Shown: positions 12,640-26,362 of the stretch, in pieces
Layout: each line of letters starts with the position of its first letter
Position numbering within the stretch: the stretch's first letter is position 1
Program-made: the position numbers and the translations under genes
Notes under the pieces: generated by a model
What the model was told of the DNA's origin: nothing
What the model saw: only the letters and a program-made list of their open reading frames with translations
Databases searched by the model: none
Origin: Octopus sinensis
Taxonomy: Eukaryota
Direction of reading: 5' to 3'
Length of the DNA stretch: 64,000 nt
Assembly (NCBI RefSeq): GCF_006345805.1
Contig: NC_043008.1
Span: forward strand, 56,358,001-56,422,000

Positions 12640-12830
12640 AAGGGCGGCGAGCTGGCAGAATCATTAGCACGTCGGGCAAAATGCAGACGGCGTTTCTTCC
12701 GGCTCTTTACGTTCTGAGTTCAAATCACGATGAGGTCAAATTTGCCTTTCATTCATTCGAGGTTGATAAAATGAAATACCAGTCAAATGCTGGGGTCACT
12801 ATCATCGACGCTGCTTTTAAAATTGCTATT
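12640..12830 (+). mobile_element. SINE family B (GGCGGCGAGCTGGCAGAA head), partial
   Basis: Head plus TTTGCCTTTCAT..GATAAAATGAAATACCAG core. The full-length reference copy is at 23503. Confidence 0.8.
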
Positions 12831-13351
12831 CTTGAACTCCGTAACGGACCTGCGTTTCGCCCGGGGGGGACATGGTGTGATTTCGGTCACTTATACGCCA
12901 TGGAAACCACTTAATCGGCCTTATGTGCCCAAGGACTCGAGAAAAAGCATTTCAGGTAAGACCTGATTATGCATTCGCATGATCAAAGACGCTCCAACCA
13001 TGAGTTTCGTTTTTTTAAAAAATATATCAGAACTACAATCCTCAAGTCATTTGAGCTTAATAATGGTATTCAGTTTTTATAGATGGCAATATGTGATATA
13101 GAAAATTTGGTTACTACTTCTAGCATGTCAAGCGACCATCGAGACGCGCCATCGTAGATACAATTGTCGTTTGTTTACATCTAGAGTAATATTTGTAAAA
13201 GATACTGCGAACATCAGAGTAAATAAACCTACTTTCCAAATCAGCATAAATTAGCTACTTGCATACATTATCTTTTAGCATATATTAACTATCTTATGAT
13301 ATATCATTAAATTATAAATATATTAATAAAATAATATAATAAAAAGTTTTA

Positions 13352-13505
13352 AGCGCAGGCGTGACTGTGTTGTAAGAAGCTTGCTTCTAAACCACATGGT
13401 TCCGGGTTCTGTGCCACTGCATGGCACTTTGGGCAAGTGTCGTCTACCGAACAAAGGCTTGGGAGGGGATTTGGTAGACGGAGACGGAAAGAATCCCGTC
13501 TTATA
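13352..13505 (+). mobile_element. SINE family A, 5' part
   Basis: GCGCAGGCGTGACTGTGTTGTAAG..CCACATGGTTCCGGGTTC..GGCACTTTGGGCAAGTG. Confidence 0.8.
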
Positions 13506-13511
13506 TATATA

Positions 13512-13560
13512 TCTACTAGCTGACGTACCCGGTATTTCCCGGGAAAGCGGGACTCATCCC
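13512..13560 (+). mobile_element. Helentron/HINE-like 5' terminus
   Basis: ACTAGCTGACGTACCCGG-TATTT-CCCGGG subterminal hairpin after a TA tract. The same architecture is inverted at 27290-27335. The far end is not defined. Confidence 0.45.
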
Positions 13561-13995
13561 TTGGTTCCGTTCTCATAATTGTTTTGCTAATTCAATAACA
13601 ACAATACAAAGTATGTAGTCCTTAAAACGGTTTTGTGCATTTACAGAGAATACTGAAGTGTTTTACATAGGATCTTCTTTTTAGGAATTCCCAATAAGTT
13701 ATAAATACCCTAATTGTGAAGTCAATTATGTAAGAGCAGGAAATTAACTACCCGATAGTAAAGTAGCCCCGAAAAGGGCTTTAATGCGTTCCCAGAGTAT
13801 ATAGCGCTTAGGAGGAAATACTAATACGGTATGCATACTAAAATCATAAAGCATGTTACGTAATAATAGGCTAATCAGATATGAGATAATAACAATTCAA
13901 AGTAAATATCTTTGAAAAAAAGCTTTTGTGCGTTCGCAGAGAATATTATCCTCAGCGGCGCTAGTGTTGGTATATTCGTGAATAAGTCACTAATT

Positions 13996-15263
13996 GATGT
14001 TGAAATTTCAATGAAGGAGCATTGGATCTAGGTTAGAAACCAACTCTTTCTTTACTGGAAGGAAACCTTGAAATAAAACTGAACAATGGTATAAGAGTAG
14101 GAATGGCTGTGTGTTAAGCAGTGACAGCTCGTAGATAGAATTAGTTGGGGCGCTGCTTCAGAAAATTTTTAGCCGTTGTTTTAATATTGTGTAAAAGGAA
14201 ACAAATATATAAAAATAATATTTATACATATCGGTTCGCATTTTAGCCACTGCCAGGTAGTGTGTTTAATCTGTTCACTGAACACCGCCGCGAATTCCCC
14301 CTTGTTTTTCAGAATTTTCCCCTAAATCACAAAATAAGGGGGAAAATTTGCCCTATTTTTCAAATCCTGGCAGCAACACTGAAGCTGGAAGAAAAATAAA
14401 AATGAGCCTCTTAAGTACTTGTCCATGTGCTTTTTGACCGCTTGGTTCATAGCTAGAAGAAACTTGTACTGAAAGAGAGAGAATATTGTTGTAGGTCCTG
14501 GTGACATTTGTCGTGACTTATCATGTTATAGTAACCCAGCAACGAGTATAACAACCGTCATTCAAGAATGGTCCATTAGATCAAAGCAGTACAGTATTCC
14601 TAGGTTTGAGAAGAGAGAGCGGCACATCAAAGACATGTCAACAGAATGTTTTAACACGTTTTATTTAATTATCGTTACACCGTCACCAACCTACAAACAT
14701 TCACATACGAACATACATATATACATACATACATACGGGCATACATACATATGTGCACGCATACATACAAGCATACATACATACATGCATACATACATAC
14801 ATACATAAATTCATTCATGTAAACATACATGCATAATTCATTCATACATACATACACACATACACAAACATGAATAACGTTTAGCTATATAAGTATATAT
14901 GCACATACCTAGATATTCAAATTTATGATTGTGTGTACATATATTTAACAGACTACACAGATTTGCACATGTACTAACTGCATATAAATGTTCATATACC
15001 CACAGTTATGTACAAGTATGCCGTTGATGTTGTTGAAATTCCAACGAAGGCGCCTTGAGTCTAGGTTAGAAACCGACTTTTTCTCTGCTGACAAGAAATG
15101 AAACTAAATAATAATATACATACTAGAATACATAGATACATAGATACATAGATACATACATGCATACATACATACATACATACATACATACATACATACA
15201 TACATACATACATACATACATACATACTACATACATACATACATACATACATACATACATACA

Positions 15264-15295
<32 letters not shown>

Positions 15296-15450
15296 TGAGA
15301 AAACATACATAAAGCAAATCATACAAATCTGCCCATATACATACATACATATCCTGTTGCTCATGTTGAAATTCCAATGGAGTTTTGAACCTAGGTTAGA
15401 AACCGGCTCTTTATTGGCAAAAAGTATTGAAATAGAACTGAACAGTGATA
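13996..15450 (+). repeat. Three copies of a ~95-bp repeat (13996, 15022, 15355) associated with (CATA)n
   Basis: Shared GTTGAAATT(T/C)CAA..CTAGGTTAGAAACC..GAAAT. Confidence 0.7.
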
Positions 15451-15589
15451 TACATACATGCCTAGCTGCCTCCCTACCCACATATCTACCTACCTATCTA
15501 CCTACCAACTATCTACATACATACATTCATACATACGTACATACATACATACATACATACATACATTCATACATATATACATACATACA

Positions 15590-15622
<33 letters not shown>

Positions 15623-15892
15623 GCGTACATTTATGCATATTTGGAAATAATTGACGAATTAATCAACTGGTACTTCCAAATAAATAAACTGTGCAAATAG
15701 CATTGATTGCGCTTGTTTTCGTCTGCTTTCTCAAACTACACACATAATACACACGCATACACACATACACATATATACACATATACGAGTAGACACATAC
15801 TCATTTTTAGAATATCGATTTACAACCTAAAATCTTTCTAGTTCGATATGTTTCTACTGATCAATACAATGGTTAAACTTTGTAGAACTTCA

Positions 15893-16280
15893 ATTGTCTC
15901 TTCATTATGACTTGTTTCTTCATTATGACTTGTCTCTTCATTATGACTTGTCTCTTCATTATGACTTGTCTCTTCATTATGACTTGTCTCTTCATTATGA
16001 CTTGTTCTTCATTATGACTTGTCTCTTCATTATGACTTGTCTCTTCATTATGACTTGTCTCTTCATTATGACTTGTTTCTTCGTTATGACTTGTCTCTTC
16101 ATTATGACTTGTTTCTTCATTAAGACTTGTCTCTTCATTATGACTTGTCTCTTCATTATGACTTGTCTCTTCATTATGACTTGTCTCTTCATTATGACTT
16201 GTCTCTTCATTATGACTTGTCTCTTCATTATGACTTGTTTCTTCATTAAGACTTGTCTCTTCATTATGACTTGTCTCTTG
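15893..16280. repeat. 18-bp minisatellite, about 21 copies
   Basis: Unit TTGTCTCTTCATTATGAC with variants TTGTTTCTTC, TAAGAC and CGTTATG. Confidence 0.97.
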
Positions 16281-16606
16281 TAATATAAACCGAAACGTTC
16301 TCAGTTACCTTGTTGGGTTTTTATTAAAAATAAGGGCCATGCTGCTGTTAAACATCAAGCGGCCCAGATAAGTGGGGCCTACAACCAGGCCCATTAGAAC
16401 CATGTCTTTTTGCAAGAGGACAGGAATAAATTCTAAGGAAATTTGGCTGCTATATCTAGCACAGCTTGATCAATCACAAGGGTTTCTGTCATTGGCATTT
16501 CGTCGAGGAGTGTATTGGTGTTTTCTAATTGTATGTCTTATCCCGGGTCAATTCTGATCAAACACATACTCACGCACGTTCACACACACACGTTCACTCA
16601 CATACT

Positions 16607-16643
<37 letters not shown>

Positions 16644-17132
16644 GATCAAAGACGTTCAACTATGATCGTCCGTCCCATATCCATTTCAGAAATTGTGTAT
16701 GTTAGACTACAATTAATCCTGCTTGTCCTCCCTTTTTTAAAGCGGGTGATGGGGAATGGTATAAGATTTACTTGCAGTTTCTAGCAATTTGGGTGACCAC
16801 CTAGAAGTTCTCCTCGAGTTGACTCTAAAGAAATTTTGTCGTGCCTCTCTCTTAAAGCAGCCAATTGGCAGAATCGTTTGGACCTTTAAATATTCGTCCC
16901 GTCTCTTTGCGTTCTGGGTTCAAATCACGCAGACGTCACCATTGCTTTTTATTGTTTCCTGAACAGTATATAAGGCACTAGGATCGGGGATCGAGGTGGG
17001 GATCGGTTATCCCCCTTAAATCGACCGGTCCCTGAGTTGTTGTTGTTGTTGTCATAGTGAGGATGCCAGCTGGACCCAAATCTCGTGAAAGTGATGCATT
17101 GAGTCAGAGGTGAACTGCCTTTTCTCATAAAA

Positions 17133-17301
17133 ACAGGCATGGTTGTGTGGTAAGAGGTTTCCTTCCCAACCGCATATTTCCGGGTTCAGTCCCACTGTGT
17201 CACAACTTAGACAGGTGTCTTCTATTTTTGCCTCGGGGCGATCAAAGCCTTGTGAGGGGATTTGGTTGACGCAACTGAAAAAGCCCATCGTTTATGTACG
17301 G

Positions 17302-17332
<31 letters not shown>

Positions 17333-17570
17333 TTTGTTCCCACCAACGCTTGACAATCGGTATTGGTGTGTTTACGTCCCGGCAACTTAGACGTTCAGCA
17401 AAAGAAACCTATATATTAACACTTGGCTTAGAAACAAAATAAATAAATAAATAAAATAAAACTACTGTGGAGGCGGGGGGGGGGTCGATTCTTTAAGCTA
17501 AAATTCTTCAAGGTGATGCTCCAGCAAGGCCGCAGCCTAATGACTGAAACACGTAAAAAGATAAAAGATA
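17133..17570 (+). mobile_element. SINE family A
   Basis: tRNA-like head, internal (TG)n, and 3' GGGTCGAT..CCAGCA(A/T)GGCCGCAG..TGACTGAAAC. Confidence 0.85.
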
Positions 17571-18144
17571 AAAATCTTCCAAAGAAAACCCTCAATTTCA
17601 GTGCCGTAGATGTGGTGCGTACCACCCTAGGTACCCCTTCAGTTTTTCCACACACCCTCATCAACCCCAAGCCCTCAAACCGATACCGACCTATACAGCA
17701 GATCCTTAATTAGCAACTTCACCTCATACAGCCGTCGCCTGGTGCAGACTGCCCCCATTCCCCACTAGCTACGCTACCGCTCAAGCTTTTACAGCCCGAC
17801 AACAGAACTGGCGGTTAGAGACAGGTGACTGTACGGCGCGGCACGAGGTGCGCCAGGGACTAAAGTTGTGGCTGTTGACTGTTGACTTAGCGGTTGAGAT
17901 TCTAGGACTCTAAGGTGACGTTAGTTTAGCACCTTTGATGTTGGTTAATATTGTCTTTACAATTTAGATTGTTGGCAATTAATTATGTGTTTATTTCTCA
18001 TGTAATATATTGGCACAGATTCAATGTGTGTGTGTATGTGTGTGCGTATGTGTGCGTGAGTATATATATATTATATATAAATAATTATATATATAATTAT
18101 ATATATAATTATATATATATATATATATATATACATAATAAATA

Positions 18145-18189
<45 letters not shown>

Positions 18190-18414
18190 CAGCCGAAATT
18201 GCTAAGATGATCTGGTTCTTGACTATGACTGAGGGCTTCGAATGTCCCGTCCTGTGGTTCTTGTGTCGTCTCTGTGTGTTTCATGTTCTTGTCCATGTCT
18301 GTAATTATTTTTACTGTTTACCTATATATATATATAGATATATATATATATATAGTGTTAATATGTTAATAGAACTAAGAAGCGGCGGATAAAGAGAGCG
18401 AGAGAGAGAGAGAG

Positions 18415-18452
<38 letters not shown>

Positions 18453-18589
18453 GAAGATTGAAAGGGGGTGGGAGGGGAAAAGAAGTTAAACAAACAGGAA
18501 TCTGCTACACCCCCCCCTCACTGTCACGATTCATATATGTACATATATACACATATATACACAAACACATGTGTTTATATGAATTTATG

Positions 18590-18660
<71 letters not shown>

Positions 18661-18743
18661 CATAGAAGTAAATATATGGCACAGCGAAGTACCGATATAT
18701 ATATATATATATCTATATATATATATTATATATATATATTCAT

Positions 18744-18779
<36 letters not shown>

Positions 18780-20587
18780 ATATATATATATATTATATAT
18801 ATATATTATATATATATAATTATATATATATATGTGTATTGTAATGCATGTATGTAGACATACCTATATACAGTCATATATATATATATATATAACATGG
18901 TCATTCCAGTACTTGGCAGAAAATGTTTACCTAGTTCTAAATTTAAATAATTATGTATGTACGATTTTCTGTCTATTTATACATTCCGTTATTCTTGAAT
19001 TCCCTCCCCCCTTCTCTGTACCTGTGTATTTGTTGCTTTGTTTTCTTACTCCCACCACCTCTCTTACTCACCGTTAAGCAATATTACGTCATCAAGGAAA
19101 TACTGCAATGACGAAATGAAAACAAATAACTCCCCTCTCTCTCTCTCTCACTCTCACACGCATTTCTCACCCTCTCTATCACACATTCTATCTCTTTATT
19201 TCTCTTCCTTCCTCTCTCGTTTTCTCTTTCCTACCTCTTTCCTTTTACTTCTTAGCACTCTCCTACCACTTTCTGTTCAACACACCGTCATTCAACCCAC
19301 TGCTTTGATCAAACAGAAAAAAACACGTCATAAGATCTTATTCCCCCTCCCTCCCACTCTCTCAGTGAATATTCCTTCTTATCCTGCTCTCTCTCTCTCT
19401 CTCTCAATGTCTCTTCCTCCCCTCACTCTCTCTCATTATCTCTTCCCCCTCTCTCAATACTTCTTCCTCCCTTTCAATTCTCTTCTCACTTCCTTAATCC
19501 CTTCTCTACGACAAAACCAATTACGTCACAGTTTTTTTCAACAAGTCTTCTCTTCAAATTATTCCAAACTCATAGTTTACGCACATATTTCATACCTTTA
19601 CTCATATATTCCATTATCGCCATCTTACTCGCATAAGCCTTCAATCATCGTACGTGTGTATATGTATATATAATTGTATGGATATATAGTACGTATACAG
19701 TTAGATGCAGTTACATATATATGTCTGTCATTATGTTTATCCAAGCATATATACATGTGTTTGTGTCCCCACCATCGCTTGACAACCGATGTTGGTATGT
19801 TTACGTCTCCCGTAACTTAGCGGTTCGGCAAAAGAGACGAATAGAATAAGTACTAGGCTTACAAAGACTAAGTCCTGGGGTCGATTTGTTCGACTAAAGG
19901 CGGTGCTCCAGTATGGCCGCAATCAAATGACTGAAACAAATACATCTTTACCGAGGACCGAGCCCGCGGGGTAGAGTGGTTATAAGAGGAATCTAGGTGA
20001 ACAGATATGGGCATAATGATGCAAATAAACAAAAAGAAAAAGACTACTTGGATTAGCTACACAATATATATATATATAATATATATATATAATATATATA
20101 TATATATATAATATGTTTCTTGTCTGTGTTACTGTTATTCTTCTTGTCCCGTCTTTTACTGTTTATATTTTGTACTGTCGTTACTGTCCTGTTTTTGTTA
20201 CCATTTTTACCCCTCCGCAAAATAATCTCAAATTTTATTTGAGTGGCTTTTCGCGGGAAGGAATGTTTCATTAAAGTCGTGTCTCGCCTTGACCTTCGGA
20301 ACGCGGAGTAGATGAAACAAAAGCGACTGAAGAAGGGGAATTTTCCTTGTATTGTATGTCCTGTACTCTATTTTTTCGTTGTTTAAGAAAAATGTCCATT
20401 TCCTTGGTTTTGTATTTATGTTTTCGTTTCTCATTGTGTTGAACGTTTTTTTTGGTGTCCTGTACCATATATACATGTATATATATATGTAGACGTAGGT
20501 GCGTACATATATATATGTATATATGCATATGTTTTATTTTATTTATTAATTTTATATATATATATATATATAGGTGAGAAAGTTGGT

Positions 20588-20629
<42 letters not shown>

Positions 20630-21019
20630 ATATCTTAACGCATGTATATACATGCGTTAAACTTACCTCTACAGATTTTCTATAAAAATTTTAACCAGCA
20701 CTGATTTGTTAAATTAAGTACCAGTTACGCACTAGGGTCGATATAATCGACTTAATCCGTTTGTCTGTCCTTGTTTGTCCTCTCTGTGTTTAGCCCCTTA
20801 TATAAGAGACAGCAAACCCAACATAAAGTCAGATAAGAGGAAAAAATCTATCAGAAAGGAACTCTATATCTCTTTTAAAAAAATATCTTTTGATAAGCAT
20901 AACAAATGCGCAACCGGTAAAAAGAACTTTCACCTAATTCAATTACTTAAATTATTTTGTCAGCATTTTCTTCATTTCCTTTTTTATATATCACAACTCG
21001 TGTTCCAAATCTCCTTTTT

Positions 21020-21109
<90 letters not shown>

Positions 21110-21232
21110 GATACGAAAAGAACAGATAAAAAGTTCCTTATAGGCATGTATAAGATAAATCTTATATTAAACATTACTAACAATTATAGAAAAATGGAGA
21201 AGAGATGTTAAAAGTTCAAATGAGAATTTAAT

Positions 21233-21337
21233 TTCCACTACGAACATTTCAAATGGTAATACAAACATGTAAGAAAAACATTAATCATGATAATAATAAT
21301 TAAAATAGCTATGTATTACATTCTCGTCAGTGTAAAA
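21233..21337 (-). ncRNA. Type I hammerhead ribozyme, intact core, 1-nt defect in stem I
   Basis: Minus strand TTTTACA-CTGACGA-GAATGTAATAC..GTATTACCATTT-GAAA-TGTTCG-TA-GTGGAA. Confidence 0.65.
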
Positions 21338-21572
21338 AACTAAAGGAAATCATCAAAAGAGGTATTACCAAAAATGAAAATTTAGAAGGAAAAACAAAGA
21401 GGCTATGTCGGAGAAGCTGACCGGATATTTGCAAATAAATTGTAGAAGGGGAAAAGGAAGAGAAACCAGGACATTAACATATATATCCGGTCAGCTTCTC
21501 CGACATAGCCTTTTTGTTTTTCCTTCTAAACTTTTTTGGGTAATACCTTTTTCTATGCTTTCCTTTAATTTT

Positions 21573-21683
21573 TTTTACACTGACGAGAATGGTAATACAT
21601 AAGTATTTTAATTATTATTATTATTATAATTAATGTTTTTTCTTACATGCAAGTATAGTCATTTGAAACGGTCGTATGTGGAA
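21573..21683 (+). ncRNA. Type I hammerhead ribozyme, intact core
   Basis: TTTTACA (21573-79)-CTGACGA (21580-86)-GAATG..CATTT-GAAA (21665-68)-CGGTCG-TA-TGTGGAA. Stem I is 7 bp with two G.U pairs; predicted cleavage after A21676. Confidence 0.78.
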
Positions 21684-21918
21684 CTTAAATTCTAATTTGA
21701 ACTTTTAACATCTCTTCTCCATTTTTTTTAAATAATTGTTTGTAGTGTTTTATATAAGATTTTGTCTTATACATGCTTATAACGAACTTTTTACTTGTTA
21801 TTGTCATATTTTAATTGCTTACTTTAGCAGGTTATCATTTTGATATGAATATTTATTAGAAATATTTCTTTTTTGGTCTACCCCAAAAGTTTGAATTGTT
21901 CTACTTGAACTTATTCTT

Positions 21919-21958
<40 letters not shown>

Positions 21959-22675
21959 GTAAATATATCTAATGTTTGTATGTATGCATGTATGCATGTA
22001 TGTATGTATCTCTATATATCTTCACGCCTTTTTCTTTCATATATGTGCGTGTATATATATATATATATATTTTCAAACGCATGTATGTAAATATATATAT
22101 ATATATTTCTCACCTACACCAAAATCTCTTTCTGACTCTCTCTGTCTTTCTCCCCTCTCTCTCTTCTTCACCCTCTCGTTATACTTATCTTCCTGTCTTT
22201 CTGGTATTTTGCTTTCACACGGATCTAATTCTTCCGTCTGTCATTTGTCTTTCATATGCAAAATCATATCCTGACTTTCTTGCAAACCGCCTCTCATATC
22301 TCTCCCCACTTCTATCTTTCCATCACTCTCCCTTTCTCCTTACTCTCCCTTTCTCTCTCTGTGCTTCATTACTCTCCTCTACCTCTTTTCTTCCAGTTTC
22401 TCATATCGTCCACAAAGTCATAGAACCACTTACCCACGCGTCTGTCCGTCCACCTCCACACATATGTGTACACACATATAAACAAACTTTAGAATATCGC
22501 CTTTTAAGACATGTGACATTACTTGTAAACATCCAAAGCTAATTGCAATTTTGTGGGCAGGTAAACAAAAGGAAAATAACACTGATTAATTGGATTAGAA
22601 GAGTTCAAGTGAACGACAAAATAAGACATCTTTTACCGGTGTTCCTTATTTCTGTAAATTGCCATTATTATTTAT

Positions 22676-22792
22676 ATCTTAACAACAGTAATAATATAAT
22701 TACTAACATAATCAGTTATTTTATTAATAATATCTTAACATCAGTAATAATATAATTACTAACATAAACAGTTATTTTATTAATAATAATTA
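22676..22792. repeat. Tandem duplication of a ~58-bp AT-rich unit
   Basis: ATCTTAACA(A/T)CAGTAATAATATAATTACTAACATAA(T/A)CAGTTATTTTATTAATAAT x2. Confidence 0.9.
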
Positions 22793-23151
22793 ATTTACGT
22801 AAATTATTTTGCTTTTTTTAAAGCTAAGATTTTAAGAATATAACATAAGACAATATAAGAATATTAACAATTTATTAATATTATTCTTCAATTGAAAATT
22901 CTTGGTTCCTGTAACAGAAAGAGAAAGAGAGAGCGATATATATAGAGAAGAGCGAGAAAGAGACGAAATATTCAATAACGGATAAAGAAAAAAGAAGGCT
23001 CCCATCAAAGAAAAGAGTACCACGGTTATCAAAGACGACGGAAAATCTTAGATTTCAATAAAACTCCCAAATACTTCCGAAACTCCAATTTTCCCGCAAC
23101 AGCATATCTTTATCTCGCACCTCTGGTTTGCTTTCTGCTGATGAGTCGATA

Positions 23152-23304
23152 ATGTTGGCGCGCCAAAATACATCGAGTAACTTATGGAAACTAACAGATT
23201 CTATGAAATCGGAATTTTCAGAAACTAAGAGAGATTTTCCCACGTCGAAAGATGAGGATTTTCTGTCAGATGACCAACAAGAACGTTTTCTCATGTACTT
23301 ACAG
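23152..23304 (+). CDS. Probable first coding exon of the NUDT12-like gene (MLARQNTSS..QERFLMYLQ)
   Basis: Non-repetitive open frame from an ATG ending at a consensus CAG|GTGAGT donor in phase 0. This matches the phase-0 acceptor at 38968, whose exon has no in-frame ATG. No homology recognised. Confidence 0.45.
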
Positions 23305-23412
23305 GTGAGTGGACATTTTGTGAATATTTACCAAAAATCATTCATTTCATTTCATGCTCCTAAAGTGTTTCAATTCTTTCTATATAAATATCATTGTCTG
23401 TATGTCTGTCTG

Positions 23413-23494
<82 letters not shown>

Positions 23495-23502
23495 ATCTAA
23501 TA

Positions 23503-23734
23503 AGGCGGTGAGCTGGCAGAGACGTTAGCACGCCGGGCGAAATGCTTAGCAGTATTTCGTCTGCCGTTACGTTTTGAGTTCAAATTCCGCCGAGGTCGAC
23601 TTTGCCTTTCATCCTTTCGGAGTCGATAAATTAAGTACCAGTCCCGCACTGGGGTCGACGTAATCGACTTAATCCGTTTGTCTGTCCTTGTTTGTCCCCT
23701 CTATGTTTAGCCCCTTGTGGGTAATAAAGAAACA

Positions 23735-23735
<1 letters not shown>
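23503..23735 (+). mobile_element. SINE family B, full length
   Basis: AAGGCGGTGAGCTGGCAGA head, GAGTTCAAATTCC B box, GCCTTTCATCCTTTCGG(A/G)GTCGATAAATTAAGTACC core (resembles the Meta domain), tail CCCCTTGTGGGTAATAAAGAAA. Confidence 0.92.
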
Positions 23736-23794
<59 letters not shown>

Positions 23795-23801
23795 CATTTA
23801 G

Positions 23802-23896
<95 letters not shown>

Positions 23897-24102
23897 CGGA
23901 AGAAGAGAGGGGAAGAGAGAAAAAGAGAGATTGAGAGAAAGAGAGATATCGGCATATGACTTAATTCTCTGTAGGTGCTTCTCATAACACATTACATTGT
24001 TGATCTTAATCATGTTGCTGTAGTTTAACCCTCGGCCAAACCAGATTGAGCATATGTATGATCTAAAAACAAATCCATTTAACATATTCTGTTTCAGATC
24101 TC

Positions 24103-24508
24103 TCTTTTACTCTTTTACTTGTTTCAGTCATTTGACTGCGGCCATGCTGGAGCACCGCCTTTAGTCGAGCAAATCGACCCCGGGACTTATTCTTTGTAAG
24201 CCCAGTACTTATTCTATCGGTCTCTTTTGCCGAACCGCTAAGTGACGGGGCCGTAAACACACCAGCATCGGTTGTCAAGCAATGCTAGGGGACAAACACA
24301 GACACACAAAAATACACACACACACATATATATATACATATATACGACAGGCTTCTTTCAGTTTCCGTCTACCAAATTCACTCACAAGGCATTGGTCGGC
24401 CCAGGGCTATAGCAGAAAACACTTGCCCAAGGTGCCACGCAGTGGGACTGAACTCGGAACCATGTGGTTGGTTAGCAAGCTACTTACCACACAGCCACTC
24501 CTGCGCCT
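24103..24508 (-). mobile_element. SINE family A, full length, young
   Basis: Reverse complement of the 39424-39866 copy at high identity. Confidence 0.93.
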
Positions 24509-24630
24509 ACATAATTTGACTTACATAATCAATTGTATCATTTCTCCTTTGAAGACAGTCATGTGCGCGTCATAGAGTGTTTTCCTTCTGCGTAAATACC
24601 AATAAACAATGATATAAAAGTTAGAGTGTG

Positions 24631-24686
<56 letters not shown>

Positions 24687-24878
24687 TATGCGAATATATA
24701 TACAAAGCGACGAAAATATTTTGGCAAATTAAATTTAAATGTTGAAGTGAATCTAACGGTTTCTGTATGTTTTTAAATGGCTTATAAACACTTTCTACGC
24801 TGCAGTTGTTTTTGTTTCAGCACACGATCCCAGATCAGGTCACTTGCTATGCAAGTACATCTCTCTCTCTTCTATGTA

Positions 24879-24941
<63 letters not shown>

Positions 24942-24942
24942 A

Positions 24943-24979
<37 letters not shown>

Positions 24980-25015
24980 GTCTGTCTGTCTGTGTTCTGT
25001 CTGTCTGCCTATATA

Positions 25016-25067
<52 letters not shown>

Positions 25068-25069
<2 letters not shown>

Positions 25070-25235
25070 GCAATGGTAAATCTCTGAGCGAGATGTAAAC
25101 AGTAGCAACACGGAATCGTGAAGTATTTTTGCCACCCAAATGTGGCGAACCCATAAGCGACGATGCTACTGTTATTTATAGCCCAAGGAAGACATCTGCT
25201 CCAGCGGGCTAACGACACACTGTCTGTGTCCGATT
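25068..25235. repeat. Truncated copy of the 1522 family
   Basis: GCAATGGTAAATCTCTGAGCGAG..GACACACTGTCTGTGTCCGATT, starting directly after (TCTA)n. Confidence 0.75.
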
Positions 25236-25832
25236 TGTACTGTCTGATCTCACATGGATATCTATTATTTCCGAGTTTCCGTTCCATTCCTTAACTCTTG
25301 GATTTTTATTCACATACCTGGCAACCCTGGTTGCCAACCGTGAAATATAAAATAATTTTATTCCGCTTATCCTCTTTCGATATTGGTAAAAATTCACAAC
25401 CTTCCGTACTAATAAACTACTATTGCTTCCTAAAATTGTTTCTTACGTTATCTACGGATAGCTTGAAGCTCACCTTTTTCATACACCTCGATCCTTGGCC
25501 CTAAGGAGGGGAGTATTAGTTATTTTAATCTCTCGAAGTAGCTCTTCTTTTGTACCGATGCGATCTATTTTGTATTGCAGCAATGGATTGCCTCAAAGTC
25601 TATTGTTATCTTGACATCGTGTGCTGACAATACTTTGGGAGCAAAAACAAAACACAAGGGAACTGAGAACAAATGTTCTGTATTAGACCAACGTGGTTTC
25701 CTTTTTTTTTTTCTTGATCTGGATGATCTCAGAATCGAACTAGCCAATCATCTGAATATCATTGTATGTCAGTAATATGCTCATGGAATGATAAATATAC
25801 ATACATTCAGTTATTCATACATACATGCATGC

Positions 25833-26054
25833 ATACAGCGTGACTGTGTATTGAAAAGTTTGCCTCCCGACCACATGGTTTCGGGTTCAGTCCCACTGAG
25901 AGGAACCATGAGTAAATGTTTTCTACTTTACGCACGGGTCGACTAAATCCCTTTGTGTGTATTTTACAGACGAAAACTGCAAGAAGCCCGACGTATATAT
26001 ATATATGTATATATATATGTATATATATATGTATGTATGTGTGTGAATGCGCGT

Positions 26055-26123
<69 letters not shown>

Positions 26124-26362
26124 GTGTGTGTGCGTTTTTGTCCCGCAGCACTGCTTCGCAACTGCAGTCGGTTTGTTTGTGTCTCCGTATCCTAGCGCTT
26201 CGGCAAAAGATTCCGCTAGAATAAGTACCAGGTTTTAAAATATGTACCGTAAAATACACACAAAGGGATTTAGTCGACCCGTGCGTAAAGTAGAAAACAT
26301 TTACTCAAGGTTCCTCTCAGTGGAACTGAACCCGAAAACATGTGGTCGGGATGCAAACTTTT

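Larger units (their letters stand above)
21108..21810. mobile_element. ~700-bp head-to-head foldback element with a hammerhead ribozyme in each arm
   Basis: 21108-21428 is inverted at 21483-21810 with a 54-nt spacer. The arms are visibly diverged. The left end abuts (TA)n. Confidence 0.8.

Noticed and set aside
15893-16280. CRISPR-like array or repeat protein
   Set aside because: Contiguous units with no spacers, no cas genes and a eukaryotic context.
17835-17880. HDV-like ribozyme around CCTCGT on the minus strand
   Set aside because: L3 length and the P1/P2 pseudoknot could not be assembled; it is a simple hairpin.
19038-19673. 211-aa hydrophobic ORF
   Set aside because: CT-rich low-complexity sequence producing S/L/F/P bias; no domain features.
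20634-20659. 26-bp perfect palindrome TTAACGCATGTAT|ATACATGCGTTAA
   Set aside because: Short and built on a TA/CATG microsatellite background; no function can be supported.
25575-25775. Additional NUDT12 exon (QWIASKSIV..)
   Set aside because: It has a plausible acceptor but no good donor and no homology.
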